Part shown: piece by piece, positions 28,958-39,559 of the stretch | How positions within the stretch are numbered: position 1 is the stretch's first letter | Layout: each line of letters begins with the position of its first letter | Source of the DNA: Thermodesulfobacteriota bacterium | GTDB lineage: Bacteria; Desulfobacterota; Desulfobacteria; Desulfobacterales; SURF-7 | Length of the DNA: 64,000 nt | Reading direction: 5' to 3' | NCBI GenBank assembly: GCA_049320885.1 | Contig: JBMORA010000030.1 | Span: 1-64,000, forward strand | Translations under genes and position numbers: made by a program | Notes under the pieces: generated by a model | The model's database searches: none | The model's input: only the letters and a program-made list of their open reading frames with translations | What the model was told of the DNA's origin: nothing

Positions 28958-30421
28958 TTATCCATTTTTTTTGGGCAGCATCCACCGAAGTTCCTGCCAA
29001 TCTTTGACGATCATCCAGTATCCGAGAAGTAGAAGAAACGGCGCGGTCATTGCCATGGTAAGGACGGCTGACCGTATTCCCATGGCGACAAACCCCGCCG
29101 CCACCAAGATCATCACCAATTTTACCGCCGGTTGTTTCCAATGTCGAACCATACTATCGTCTTTTCCCCTTACCACCAGCTCATCGGCCGCCAGAACATA
29201 AATTCCCTGGCTGATGATCCACGCCCAAGCGATGGCGTCAGGTCCCGAGCTGTTCATCAACACCAGATAACTCGCAACCATGACGATCAAAAGGCTAGCG
29301 GATAAAATCGCGACAGTCCCGTACCGGTTGTCGGCCAGCATATATTCGTAGGCAATATTGGTATGGGCGTTCAAACAGACGCCGAGGATCAGCAACATGA
29401 AAAAACGAACAATCTGTTCATGACCCAGATGAATCAATGGCAGAAAGCCAGGCGCCGCGGCAATGGCCATGATTGCCAAGCATAGATAACCGATCAGGCT
29501 TTTTTCGAGCCACAGCATCATCTTCCGGACCAACTTTTTCCGTTCCTCGACATCCGCCAGCATTTGGGAAAATTTTGGGAATACCACAAGTCCGAGTCCA
29601 TTTGAAAAAAACCACACCTTGCTCGACAAATCAAAAGCCGCGCGATAATGCCCCAAGACGGCAATACCGAAATGACGATTCAACAACAGGGTGCCGATGG
29701 ACACGACGGTGGTCTGGAGAAACTGGGCCAGGGACATCACGGATGACGATTTCAACACCTCCAGGAATTCCCGGAAACTGATTCGCGGACGCCATGCTTT
29801 CCCTGGAGGCATCAGCAGAACAAAGCGCGCGCAGATCAATTCCGGGAACCGCCTCGCGACCAGGAAGACCACCACCATGGCCGGGTTGTGGTACATCCAG
29901 GCGGCAAAAAACATCAGTACATATCTCAGGAGCCCCGAAATAACGGTGAATTGGGAATATCTTCCGAAACCCAGGTTCGCCATGGTATAGGCCTGGGCCA
30001 CCATGAGCGGAATGCCCAAGATATATTCAACCGCCGACAAAACCACAATCCATCTTACCTGAAGATGATATTCCAGAGGCACGGGAAACAGATGCCGACT
30101 GATCAGATAGACGGACAGGGGCAATGATCCGAACAGCAAAAAAGCGAGAAGCAAATACCATCCGAGCGCCTTGCGCAAATAGTCGGCTTTTTCATCCGCT
30201 CCGGGCGCCGACGACATCAGGCGGATGAAATGTTTGGTTACACCGCAATCGATCAAGGCGACATAGGAAGCCAGCAGCGGATAGATGGAATAAATACCGT
30301 ATTTCTCATCTCCCAGCAGGCCCACAACCAGCGGAACCGCGACAATGCCCAACACTCCGTTGACGGCATTGGCGGAATAAACGGAAAACAGATGGGTCAG
30401 GAATTGGCTCGGCTTCCTCAT
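28958..30421 (-). CDS. Polysaccharide flippase (Wzx/MATE-like)
   Basis: 487 aa with about 12 hydrophobic segments; LGDEKYGIY, LGHYRAA, VFPKFS. Confidence 0.8.
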   Translation of the reverse strand: MRKPSQFLTHLFSVYSANAVNGVLGIVAVPLVVGLLGDEKYGIYSIYPLLASYVALIDCGVTKHFIRLMSSAPGADEKADYLRKALGWYLLLAFLLFGSLPLSVYLISRHLFPVPLEYHLQVRWIVVLSAVEYILGIPLMVAQAYTMANLGFGRYSQFTVISGLLRYVLMFFAAWMYHNPAMVVVFLVARRFPELICARFVLLMPPGKAWRPRISFREFLEVLKSSSVMSLAQFLQTTVVSIGTLLLNRHFGIAVLGHYRAAFDLSSKVWFFSNGLGLVVFPKFSQMLADVEERKKLVRKMMLWLEKSLIGYLCLAIMAIAAAPGFLPLIHLGHEQIVRFFMLLILGVCLNAHTNIAYEYMLADNRYGTVAILSASLLIVMVASYLVLMNSSGPDAIAWAWIISQGIYVLAADELVVRGKDDSMVRHWKQPAVKLVMILVAAGFVAMGIRSAVLTMAMTAPFLLLLGYWMIVKDWQELRWMLPKKNG

Positions 30422-32493
30422 TGAGAAACGGATTCAACATTTGAAAGTAGCGGCAAATGCCCGCGAACACGTGACAAGTGCTGGGTATACTGTTTGATGG
30501 TCTGCTCGGCGACGAAACGGTCGGAAAATTCCCGTTCCACGATCTCCCGGCTGCGCGCCCCCATTTTTCTTCTCAGCCCGGCATCGGTCAAAAGAACCAG
30601 GATTGCATGCGCCAACGCTTTCGGATCATAGGGCGGAACCAGCAGGCCGTTCACCATGTGGCGCACGATTTCCCGGCAACCCGGAACATTGGCGGCCACA
30701 ATCGCCCGGCCGCAGGAAGCGGCCTCCAGCAACACCTTGGGGAGGCCTTCCCGATAGGAAGGCAGGACGACAATGTTCGCCGTTTCGAACACCTCCGGCA
30801 TGTCATCCCGGTGACCCCACCATTCCACGATTCCCTCCCGGTTCAGGTTCTGCAAGACCGCATCGGGGATGGACATGGGATTTTCCGGATCCGGGTCTCC
30901 CACCAGAATCATACGGCAATGCGGGAATCGCCGCTTTACGGTCGTTGCCGCCTCAATGAATTCTCCCACTCCTTTATCCCACAGCATGCGGGAAGCCAGG
31001 ATAACTTTCGGGGCGTCCTCCGATTCCCGCCGATACCGGAACCGTTCGATGTCTACCCCCGATCCGCGGATCAGGACGGTTTGTGAACGTTTGACGATAT
31101 TCGCGTCGACAAACAATTTCCGGTCATCGGGATTCTGGAAAATACCGGCGGTGTTTTTCGGCAGAAATGCCATCCGGTAAGCGAATTTGACGATACCGCG
31201 AATCCATGCGGACCGTCTTCCTTGGGCGACAAACACAAAACCAAGTCCGGCCACGGCGTTCACCACCACCGGAATGTTGACAATCCATGCGGCCCACGAA
31301 CCGTATAAAATCGGTTTGATGGCCACATGATGCACGATATCGGGTCTTTCCCGGCGATAAATCTTGATGATTTCCAGAAAATCCATGAATTCCTTGATAA
31401 TTCGCCTGCTTTTGCGTTCCAGGGGGATCGGAATCACCTTGAGTCCTTCCGCCTCGATCCGCTCCCGATGCAAATGCACACGCGTCGCCACCAATACGTC
31501 GAATCCGGCTTTTTTCGCCAGCCTGGCGATGGGTAACCGGTGACTCCAGAAATACCAGTCCTCCGTGATCAGGAACAGGATTTTCGGGACACTCCGCTTG
31601 GATCCGGTCCGCTTCGAAAACCATTGCCTGCGCAGCAGATACAGCAGCGACAGGAATAAAAACCGCAGGGACAACCCAAACAAGGCCAGCGTCTTGATGA
31701 GAAATTGGGGTTGAGCGGAATATTTGCCGAAATACAGATAGCAGCTTCGATGAAAATAGAGCATGGACCTGAGGGGACGCTTGTCGCTGCTGCCTCCCAC
31801 ATAATGAACCAGGTGGGTTTTGGGATAATACACCACCCGCCAGCCTTTCATCCACATCCGTTTGCACCAGTCCACATCCTCCCAGTACATGAAAAACTGT
31901 TCGTCCATTCCCCCCACGTCTTCGATCGCCGTACGTCGTACGATCATGCAGGCCCCGGAAACCCAATCCACATTCACCGGATCGGTGCCGTTGATCCTGC
32001 CAGTCAGGATATTTTTACGGGTAATCCAATTGTTGGGAAACAGGCGGGTGAGCAGGGAAGTCCGGCCGAAGAAACCGGAAAAAAGTGTGGGGAATGCCCT
32101 GGCCGATCCTTGCACCGAACCGTCCTGATTGAATATTTTCGGTCCGATGACACCGACGTCCGGCTGATCCTGCAGGTATTGAATGGCCAACCGGAAAAAA
32201 TTTCCTTCGATCTTCGTATCCGGATTCAAGAGGACAATGAAAGGAGCCGAACAGTCTTTGATCGCCCTGTTGACAGCCGCGGCAAAACCCAGATTCACGC
32301 CAAATGTCTCTATGTCGACCTTCGGGTAGGCCTTCAACACGGCATCCAGATTTTCACCGCCGTTGTCCTTGATAAAGATATCAGCGGGTATTTCTCCCAA
32401 CGATTCATGGATGGTACGAATACATTCCAGCAGGTATTCCGTGCTTTTATAATTGACAATGATGATATCGAACAGTTTATTTTCAGCCATCAT
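30418..32493 (-). CDS. Bifunctional glycosyltransferase: GT2 (WbbL-like) fused to GT4
   Basis: N-half IIIVNY, NLGFAAAVN, LLNPD, WVSGAC, FFMYWEDVD; C-half ITEDWYFWSHR, IFQNPDD, RMLWDKG, PSYREGLPKVLLEA. Confidence 0.9.
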   Translation of the reverse strand: MMAENKLFDIIIVNYKSTEYLLECIRTIHESLGEIPADIFIKDNGGENLDAVLKAYPKVDIETFGVNLGFAAAVNRAIKDCSAPFIVLLNPDTKIEGNFFRLAIQYLQDQPDVGVIGPKIFNQDGSVQGSARAFPTLFSGFFGRTSLLTRLFPNNWITRKNILTGRINGTDPVNVDWVSGACMIVRRTAIEDVGGMDEQFFMYWEDVDWCKRMWMKGWRVVYYPKTHLVHYVGGSSDKRPLRSMLYFHRSCYLYFGKYSAQPQFLIKTLALFGLSLRFLFLSLLYLLRRQWFSKRTGSKRSVPKILFLITEDWYFWSHRLPIARLAKKAGFDVLVATRVHLHRERIEAEGLKVIPIPLERKSRRIIKEFMDFLEIIKIYRRERPDIVHHVAIKPILYGSWAAWIVNIPVVVNAVAGLGFVFVAQGRRSAWIRGIVKFAYRMAFLPKNTAGIFQNPDDRKLFVDANIVKRSQTVLIRGSGVDIERFRYRRESEDAPKVILASRMLWDKGVGEFIEAATTVKRRFPHCRMILVGDPDPENPMSIPDAVLQNLNREGIVEWWGHRDDMPEVFETANIVVLPSYREGLPKVLLEAASCGRAIVAANVPGCREIVRHMVNGLLVPPYDPKALAHAILVLLTDAGLRRKMGARSREIVEREFSDRFVAEQTIKQYTQHLSRVRGHLPLLSNVESVSQ

Positions 32494-32498
32494 TCCGG

Positions 32499-33656
32499 TT
32501 ACAGCGCCTCGCCGATGATCCCGCAAATCCTGTCGATCTGTTCATCATCCAGATACGGATGCATGGGCAAACTGAATATGTCGTTTGAAACCGCCTCGCT
32601 GACCGGCATATCTCCCGGGGAATACCCCAGGTGGGAAAACGCGTTCTGCAGATGCAGCGGTTTCTGATAATAGACGGCTGTGGGTATGCCGTTATCCGCA
32701 AGCCGGTTCCGGATGGCCAGTCTCTGTCCGCTTCTAACGGAATATTGGGCCCATACGCTTTTATAATTCTCCGGCACTTCCGGGCAGTTGACCATGGGCA
32801 GACCTTGCAGGCCGCGGCCATACCTGCCGGCGACTCGTTGACGGGCGAGGATTTCGTCCGGAAAAATATGGAATTTCGACAGCAGAATGGCCGCCTGCAA
32901 GGTATCCAGGCGGGCATTCAAACCGATCCGGTCATTGTGGTATTTGTCGAGCCCCTGCCCATGGATACGAATCGAATGCAGTTTTCCCGCCAGTCCGTCA
33001 TCCGCAGTGAAAACAGCACCGGCGTCACCATATGCCCCGAGCGGTTTTGCGGGGAAAAAAGACGTGCAGGAGATATCCGCCGCCGAGCAGGCTTTCTTTC
33101 CCTTATAGTCGGCTCCAAAGGACTGGGCGGCATCCGCAATCACAAAAAGGCCGTACTTCTTGGCGATGGCCTTGATGGCGTCATAATCCGCCGGCAGACC
33201 GAACAGGTCCACCGCAATGATGCCTTTGGGAACAGCTTCGCTGTCCTGAAGAATCCGCGGCAAGGCATGCACGCTTGGTTGTTTCCCCATGACTGCCTGA
33301 ATCGCTCTCTCTATTTCGGTTGGGGAAATATTAAAGGTATGCGGATCTATATCCGCAAAGACCGGTATGGCTCCGGCCAGACAGATCGCCTCGGCCGTGG
33401 CGACAAACGTGAATGGGCTTGTGATGACGACATCCCCAGGTTTTACGTCGAGGGCCATCAGCGCCATCAGCAGGGCGTCGGTCCCTGAAGAGCAGCCGAT
33501 GCAATGCGCCATGCCGGCATATTCCGCCAGTTTTTCCTCCAGTTCCTGTACTTCCGGTCCCATGATGTACTGACCGTGGTTCAGAACATTTCGGATTCTT
33601 GCCTCAATATCGGTTCTTATTCTGCGTTGTTGTGTTTCCAGGTCGATGAATTGCAT
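32499..33656 (-). CDS. DegT/DnrJ/EryC1/StrS nucleotide-sugar aminotransferase (WbpE-like)
   Basis: MQFIDL, SGTDAL, DAAQSFGA, SFFPAKPLG.YGD, NARLDTLQAA. Confidence 0.93.
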   Translation of the reverse strand: MQFIDLETQQRRIRTDIEARIRNVLNHGQYIMGPEVQELEEKLAEYAGMAHCIGCSSGTDALLMALMALDVKPGDVVITSPFTFVATAEAICLAGAIPVFADIDPHTFNISPTEIERAIQAVMGKQPSVHALPRILQDSEAVPKGIIAVDLFGLPADYDAIKAIAKKYGLFVIADAAQSFGADYKGKKACSAADISCTSFFPAKPLGAYGDAGAVFTADDGLAGKLHSIRIHGQGLDKYHNDRIGLNARLDTLQAAILLSKFHIFPDEILARQRVAGRYGRGLQGLPMVNCPEVPENYKSVWAQYSVRSGQRLAIRNRLADNGIPTAVYYQKPLHLQNAFSHLGYSPGDMPVSEAVSNDIFSLPMHPYLDDEQIDRICGIIGEAL

Positions 33657-33759
33657 GCTGCTTCCTCTCCAGCGCATTTGTACGTATCTGATTTCATGGA
33701 AAAGTCAAGAGGATTCTCCATCCGAATACTGTTTTCCAGTATACTTGTGATAACAATGC

Positions 33760-35142
33760 TTATTGGCCCTGATGATCGGACAGATATCGATCCACCAGCC
33801 GTGTTGCCAAACCGGTGTACTGCTCGACCCGAATCCGCTGTATTTTTGTTTTGATATCCTCCGGAAACCGATCCATACGATCCGTGAATTCCCGTAATTC
33901 CTCCCGCGATATCTTCTTCCCGCGGGTCAGTTCTTTCAATCGCTCATAGGGGTTTTCTTCTCCAAAGACCCGCATGGCCGTCTGGATGGGTTCCGCCAGC
34001 AGTTCGACATTTTCATCCAGATCTTGTTGCAGCGTCGAGTGGTCGATGTCCAATTTTTCCAAGCCTTTTATCGCATTCAGCAGTCCGATCTGAAAATAGC
34101 CGAATATCGCTCCCATATTGCGCAGGACGGTGCTGTCCGTCAAATCTCTTTGAAATCTGGAATTCAACAGTTTCACCGCGAGATGTTCCATCATGGAGAT
34201 GGCGATCCCCATATTCCCTTCGCTGTTTTCGAAATCGATGGGATTCACCTTATGGGGCATGGTGGATGATCCGATTTCTCCCGCCTTCAGTTTTTGTTTG
34301 AAATACCCAAGGGAAACATACCCCCACATATCACGATCCAGATCCACCGTCACGGACGCGATCCGGATCATGGCATGAAACGTCCTGGAAACGTAGTGGT
34401 AGGGATTGATCTGGGTTGTATATAGAAGCGGTTGCAAATCAAGATAGGTTGAAAGAAACCGCTCGCTGGCCCCTATCCAATCGACATTCGGAAAAACGAA
34501 ATCATGGGCGTTGAAATTTCCGGTGGCCCCGTTCATCTTGGCCTGGATGGGTATCTGCATCAACTGGTCGAGTTCCTCGCGAATTCGCCAGGCAAAATTA
34601 ATGAATTCCTTTCCGATGGTCGTTGGGGATGCCGGTTGGCCGTGGGTTCGGGCCATCATCGGAATGGCTTTATAAGCTTCCCCGTACGTTTCCAGGATTT
34701 CCAGGAGCCGTCCGATTTGTTCCCGGATCAACGCCCTGCCCTTTTTCAGCATCAAGGCATAGGCGGTGTTATTGATATCCTCAGACGTGCAGGCGAAATG
34801 GACCCATTCCTTGACAGACGCCATTCCGCTGGATGACAATCTCTCCTTGATGAAATATTCCACCGCTTTTACGTCATGGTTGGTTCCTTTTTCGATTTCC
34901 TTGATCCTGGCGGCATCCCGCGGGGTGAAATGATCGGCTATCGCTTTGACTTCCGATGTTTGTTCTTCATCGAGCACCATCAAACCCAATTCCCTGCTGA
35001 GAAAGACCAGCCACTGGATTTCGACAAATACCCGGTGTTTCATCAGGCCGCATTCTGAAAAAACTTCGTTCAACCCCGCGGTAAGCCGGGCATAGCGTCC
35101 GTCCAATACGGACAAGGCCGTTAATCCTTTATCGATATCCAT
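33760..35142 (-). CDS. purB: Adenylosuccinate lyase
   Basis: TNHDVKAVEY, HFACTSEDINN, RTHGQPA, GSSTMPHKVNPIDFEN. Confidence 0.97.
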   Translation of the reverse strand: MDIDKGLTALSVLDGRYARLTAGLNEVFSECGLMKHRVFVEIQWLVFLSRELGLMVLDEEQTSEVKAIADHFTPRDAARIKEIEKGTNHDVKAVEYFIKERLSSSGMASVKEWVHFACTSEDINNTAYALMLKKGRALIREQIGRLLEILETYGEAYKAIPMMARTHGQPASPTTIGKEFINFAWRIREELDQLMQIPIQAKMNGATGNFNAHDFVFPNVDWIGASERFLSTYLDLQPLLYTTQINPYHYVSRTFHAMIRIASVTVDLDRDMWGYVSLGYFKQKLKAGEIGSSTMPHKVNPIDFENSEGNMGIAISMMEHLAVKLLNSRFQRDLTDSTVLRNMGAIFGYFQIGLLNAIKGLEKLDIDHSTLQQDLDENVELLAEPIQTAMRVFGEENPYERLKELTRGKKISREELREFTDRMDRFPEDIKTKIQRIRVEQYTGLATRLVDRYLSDHQGQ

Positions 35143-35364
35143 CCTGTTGAATCCTTTCATTTTTTCATTCAAACGCCTGTTTGATCCATGGGTTATAGCC
35201 GCAGATCACGAAGGCGATATGGCCGGCACGGGAAGGGACTGTACCACCGTTGAACGGCGGTTTCAATTCGTTTCAAAAAACGTTGAAAAAAAGATATGAT
35301 GGCCCCGACTATCCCCTTGACAACGAATCGAGGTGATGGTAAAGGCACTTCGAAAGGGATTGTG

Positions 35365-35463
35365 ATGAAAACCATATCGGCCATTATTCTGATTCACGTA
35401 TCGATTCTACTTATCAGCCTCGTCGTAGGGATTGTACCCTGCCGCGAGGAATGGGGACGATAA
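35365..35463 (+). CDS. ilv/leu operon leader peptide (32 aa)
   Basis: MKTISAIILIHVSILLISLVVGIVPCREEWGR*: 7 Ile, 4 Leu and 4 Val, all in codons 4-24; upstream AAAGGGA; followed by an intrinsic terminator. Confidence 0.85.
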   Translation: MKTISAIILIHVSILLISLVVGIVPCREEWGR

Positions 35464-35490
35464 TGGCCTGAAATAAAAGTTTCAACACCG

Positions 35491-35534
35491 AAAACCGTTA
35501 TCAGCCCCAACGCTGATAACGGTTTTTTTATTTT
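35491..35534 (+). terminator. Attenuator terminator of the ilv operon
   Basis: AAAACCGTTATCAGC-cccaac-GCTGATAACGGTTTT then TTTATTTT, between the leader ORF and the ilvD RBS. Confidence 0.9.
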
Positions 35535-35548
35535 AAGGAGGCCTCTTC

Positions 35549-37216
35549 ATGAAAAGCGATATCGTTAAAAAAGGGATCGAGCGGGCTCCGCATCGATCCT
35601 TGTTTAAATCCATGGGATATACCGACGAAGAGATCAAGCGGCCGCTCATCGGCATTGCCAATTCCGCCAACACCATCATCCCCGGCCATGTCCAGTTGAA
35701 CACCATTGTAGAGGCCGTCAAGGCGGGTATTTATATGGCGGGCGGTACTCCCATCGAATTCGGGGTGATCGGGGTATGTGACGGGATCGCCATGAATCAC
35801 ATCGGGATGAAATATTCCCTCGGCAGCCGGGAATTGGTTGCGGATTCCATTGAAATCATGGCCACCGCGCATGCATTCGATGCCATGGTCATGGTGCCGA
35901 ACTGCGATAAAATCGTTCCCGGAATGCTGATGGCCGCGGCCAGACTCGATCTGCCCACGATATTCATCAGCGGTGGTCCCATGCTGGCAGGTCAGCATCC
36001 ACTCAAAGCCGATAAAAAGCTTGATCTGGTAACGGTTTTTGAATCCGTCGGCGCCGTTCTCGCGGGTAAAATGAGCGATGAGGAACTGGCGTTGATCGAG
36101 GACGCGGCCTGTCCCACCTGCGGGTCCTGCGCCGGCATGTTCACGGCGAATTCAATGAACTGCCTGACCGAGGTCATCGGCATGGGACTGCCGGGCCATG
36201 GAACCATCCCCGCGGTCATGGCGGCCAGACTGCGGCTGGCCAAAGCCGCCGGCATGGGCATCATGACGTTGTGGGAAAAACAAATCACCGCCCGGAAAAT
36301 CATGACGGAAAAGGCTTTTCACAATGCGTTGACGGTGGATATGGCCCTGGGCTGCTCAACCAATACGGTGTTGCATCTGCCGGCGATAGCCAGGGAGGCA
36401 GATGTGGCCATCGATCTGAACCTGATCAATGCAATCAGCAAAAAAACACCGCATCTTTGTTCCCTGAGCCCGGGCGGCAGTCATCATATACAGGATCTGA
36501 ACAGCGCCGGCGGTATCGGCGCGGTCATGAAAGTGCTCCACCAGGCCGGCTTGCTCCACGCGGACTGCCTGACGGTTACAGGCCATCCCCTTGCCGCAAC
36601 CATCGATAAGGCCCGGGTACTGAATACGGATGTCATCCGTTCCTTTGAAACAGCCTATCATGCGGAAGGCGGCCTGGCGGTGCTTTTCGGCAATCTGGCT
36701 CCCGGTGGATGCGTGGTCAAGCAATCCGCGGTTCGCCCTGAAATGATGCGTCATGAGGGGCCCGCGCGGGTCTTTGATTCAGAGGAAGCCGCCACCGAGG
36801 CCATCATGAAATCAAGCATCAACAAAGGCGACGTCATCGTGGTCCGCTACGAAGGTCCCATGGGTGGTCCCGGCATGCGGGAAATGCTGACCCCCACATC
36901 GGCGATTGCCGGGATGAAGCTGGATGCCGACGTGGCCCTGATCACCGATGGGCGTTTTTCCGGCGGCACCAGGGGCGCGGCCATCGGGCATGTTTCGCCG
37001 GAAGCCATGCAAAAAGGGCCCATTGCCCTGGTGGAGGAAGGCGACCGCATCGCCATCGATATTCCGGCCAAAACCATCACCCTCAAGGTGCCGGAAGCGG
37101 AACTGCAAAAACGGATGATGCGTTGGACCCAACCCGAACCCAAAATTACAAAAGGCTATATGGCGCGTTACGCCCGGATGGTTTCCTCCGCCAGTGAAGG
37201 CGCGGTTTTTAAATGA
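35549..37216 (+). CDS. ilvD: Dihydroxy-acid dehydratase
   Basis: [51 protein letters not shown]. Confidence 0.98.
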   Translation: MKSDIVKKGIERAPHRSLFKSMGYTDEEIKRPLIGIANSANTIIPGHVQLNTIVEAVKAGIYMAGGTPIEFGVIGVCDGIAMNHIGMKYSLGSRELVADSIEIMATAHAFDAMVMVPNCDKIVPGMLMAAARLDLPTIFISGGPMLAGQHPLKADKKLDLVTVFESVGAVLAGKMSDEELALIEDAACPTCGSCAGMFTANSMNCLTEVIGMGLPGHGTIPAVMAARLRLAKAAGMGIMTLWEKQITARKIMTEKAFHNALTVDMALGCSTNTVLHLPAIAREADVAIDLNLINAISKKTPHLCSLSPGGSHHIQDLNSAGGIGAVMKVLHQAGLLHADCLTVTGHPLAATIDKARVLNTDVIRSFETAYHAEGGLAVLFGNLAPGGCVVKQSAVRPEMMRHEGPARVFDSEEAATEAIMKSSINKGDVIVVRYEGPMGGPGMREMLTPTSAIAGMKLDADVALITDGRFSGGTRGAAIGHVSPEAMQKGPIALVEEGDRIAIDIPAKTITLKVPEAELQKRMMRWTQPEPKITKGYMARYARMVSSASEGAVFK

Positions 37217-37268
37217 GGACCGTCACTGTTTACTATAATATCATTTCATGTAAGGAAGGCACAGAACC

Positions 37269-38954
37269 ATGGAATTAAAAGGCGCTCAGATTCTGATGAA
37301 GGTGTTGCAGGAAGAAGGGGTTGACACGATATTCGGATATCCCGGCGGCGCGGTTCTTGATTTTTATGATGAGCTGTCCCGTACCGATTTTAACCATATT
37401 CTCGTTCGTCATGAACAGGGGGCCGTCCACGCGGCGGATGGTTATGCCAGGGCCAGCGGCAAAGTAGGGGTTTGCCTGGTGACATCGGGGCCGGGTGCCA
37501 CCAATACCGTTACCGGTATCGCCTCGGCGAACGCGGATTCCATCCCCTTGGTGATCATCACCGGCCAGGTGCCCACGCATCTCATCGGCAACGATGCGTT
37601 TCAGGAAGTCGATATCGTCGGCATCACCCGGCCGTGCACCAAACACAATTACCTGGTGAAAAACATCGAGGATTTGGAAAGAGTGATCCGGGAGGCCTTC
37701 TATATCGCCCGATCCGGCCGGCCGGGACCGGTGCTCATCGATATACCCAAAGACGTCACCAATGCCAAAACCACTTACAAGGGATTGGAAACCATTAAAT
37801 TGCGCTCTTACAATCCCACATACGAACCGAATTTAAAACAGGTTCGAAAAGTGGTGGAGCTGATCCAACAGGCCCGAAAGCCGGTCATTTTTGCAGGCGG
37901 GGGCGTGATCCTTTCCAATGCCTCGGCGGAACTGTCGGAATTGGCCCGTCAATGCGCCATTCCGGTGACAACCTCCTTGATGGGGCTGGGCGCATTTCCC
38001 GGAACCGACCCGCTCTGGCTGGGCATGCTCGGCATGCATGGAACCTACAGGGCCAATATGTCCATCGGTCAGGCGGACCTTTTGATCTCCGTCGGCGTGC
38101 GGTTCGATGACCGGGTTACCGGAAAGGTGGACGAATTCGCGAAACACGCCCAGATCGTTCAGATCGACATCGACCCCACCTCGATTCATAAAAACATTCC
38201 GGTCACCGTGCCGCTGGTGGGAGACTGCCGAATCACCCTGCAGCATCTGAACCGCATGCTCAAGGATATCGACCTCACGGATATCGGCAAAAAACGTTCC
38301 TTATGGTTGGGTCAGATCGATGCCTGGAAAAAAACCACTCCCCTGGCGTATGAACAAAAAGAAACGATCAAACCGCAATACGTTGTGGAAAAATTGTTTG
38401 AATTGACCAAGGGGGAAGCCATCATAACAACCGAAGTGGGGCAAAACCAGATGTGGGCGGCACAATATTATCATTTCAGTCAGCCCAACCATTTCATCAC
38501 CTCCGGCGGATTGGGGTGCATGGGGTTCGGATTGCCGGCAGCCATCGGCGCACAGGTCGCAAGGCCGGATAAAACCGTCATTGACATCGCCGGCGACGGC
38601 AGCATCCAAATGAACATCCAGGAGATGGCCACTGCGGTTCAATTCTGTTTACCGGTGAAAATCGCCATCCTGAACAACGGTTATCTCGGTATGGTCCGGC
38701 AGTGGCAGGAATTGTTCTACAAAAAGAATTATTCCTGCACCAATATGGAACACGCCCCGGATTTTGTGCGGCTGGCGGAGGCGTATGGAGCGGTGGGTCT
38801 CAGGGCCACGAAACCGGAAGAAGTGGAACAGGTCATTAAAACCGCCCTGTCCATCCAGAAACCGGTGATTATGGATTTCGTCGTGGCCCGTGAAGAAGGC
38901 GTCTATCCCATGGTTCCGGCGGGCGCCCCGATTACCGAAATGCTTCTGGTTTGA
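37269..38954 (+). CDS. ilvB: Acetolactate synthase large subunit
   Basis: FGYPGG, RHEQGA, TSGPGATN, GMHG, ThDP motif GDGS...NN. Confidence 0.97.
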   Translation: MELKGAQILMKVLQEEGVDTIFGYPGGAVLDFYDELSRTDFNHILVRHEQGAVHAADGYARASGKVGVCLVTSGPGATNTVTGIASANADSIPLVIITGQVPTHLIGNDAFQEVDIVGITRPCTKHNYLVKNIEDLERVIREAFYIARSGRPGPVLIDIPKDVTNAKTTYKGLETIKLRSYNPTYEPNLKQVRKVVELIQQARKPVIFAGGGVILSNASAELSELARQCAIPVTTSLMGLGAFPGTDPLWLGMLGMHGTYRANMSIGQADLLISVGVRFDDRVTGKVDEFAKHAQIVQIDIDPTSIHKNIPVTVPLVGDCRITLQHLNRMLKDIDLTDIGKKRSLWLGQIDAWKKTTPLAYEQKETIKPQYVVEKLFELTKGEAIITTEVGQNQMWAAQYYHFSQPNHFITSGGLGCMGFGLPAAIGAQVARPDKTVIDIAGDGSIQMNIQEMATAVQFCLPVKIAILNNGYLGMVRQWQELFYKKNYSCTNMEHAPDFVRLAEAYGAVGLRATKPEEVEQVIKTALSIQKPVIMDFVVAREEGVYPMVPAGAPITEMLLV

Positions 38955-38971
38955 TCTGGAGGGAAAAGACC

Positions 38972-39460
38972 ATGACGGAAAAAAAACATCTGTTCTCAAT
39001 TCTAGTGGATAATCAACCCGGTGTTCTCTCCAGAATCGCAGGGTTGTTCAGTGGCCGGGGATACAATATCGAAAGTCTATGCGTGGCCGAGACATCCGAT
39101 CCCCAGGTGTCGCGGATCACGATGGTCACCATGGGAGACGACCAGATCATCGAGCAGATCAAAAAACAACTGTTCAAATTGATCAATGTCATCAAAGTCA
39201 ATGATCTGACCGGAACCAATTGCATTCAGAGAGAATTGGTGCTGATCAAAGTGATGGCCAAGCCCGAGCACCGCGCCGAGATTCTTCGCATTGTCGATAT
39301 ATTCCGGGGGAAAGTGGTGGATGTCGGTCCGGAACATTATACCATCGAAATCACCGGCAACGAAGACAAGCTGGCGGCGATACAGAATCTTCTGCGCCCC
39401 ATGGGTATCAAGGAAATCGCCCGAACCGGGAACATTGCCCTGATGCGGGAATCGAAATGA
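38972..39460 (+). CDS. ilvN: Acetolactate synthase small (regulatory) subunit
   Basis: NQPGVLSRIAGLFSGRGYNIESL, EQIKKQL, EIARTG. Confidence 0.97.
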   Translation: MTEKKHLFSILVDNQPGVLSRIAGLFSGRGYNIESLCVAETSDPQVSRITMVTMGDDQIIEQIKKQLFKLINVIKVNDLTGTNCIQRELVLIKVMAKPEHRAEILRIVDIFRGKVVDVGPEHYTIEITGNEDKLAAIQNLLRPMGIKEIARTGNIALMRESK

Positions 39461-39559
39461 AGCGAAACCGTGCATTCCGACCGTAGCGTCCGGAAAGGAC
39501 CCGAAATTGCACCATAATAAAATCAACTTCATCAACAGACAAAGTAAAAGGAGATTGTT

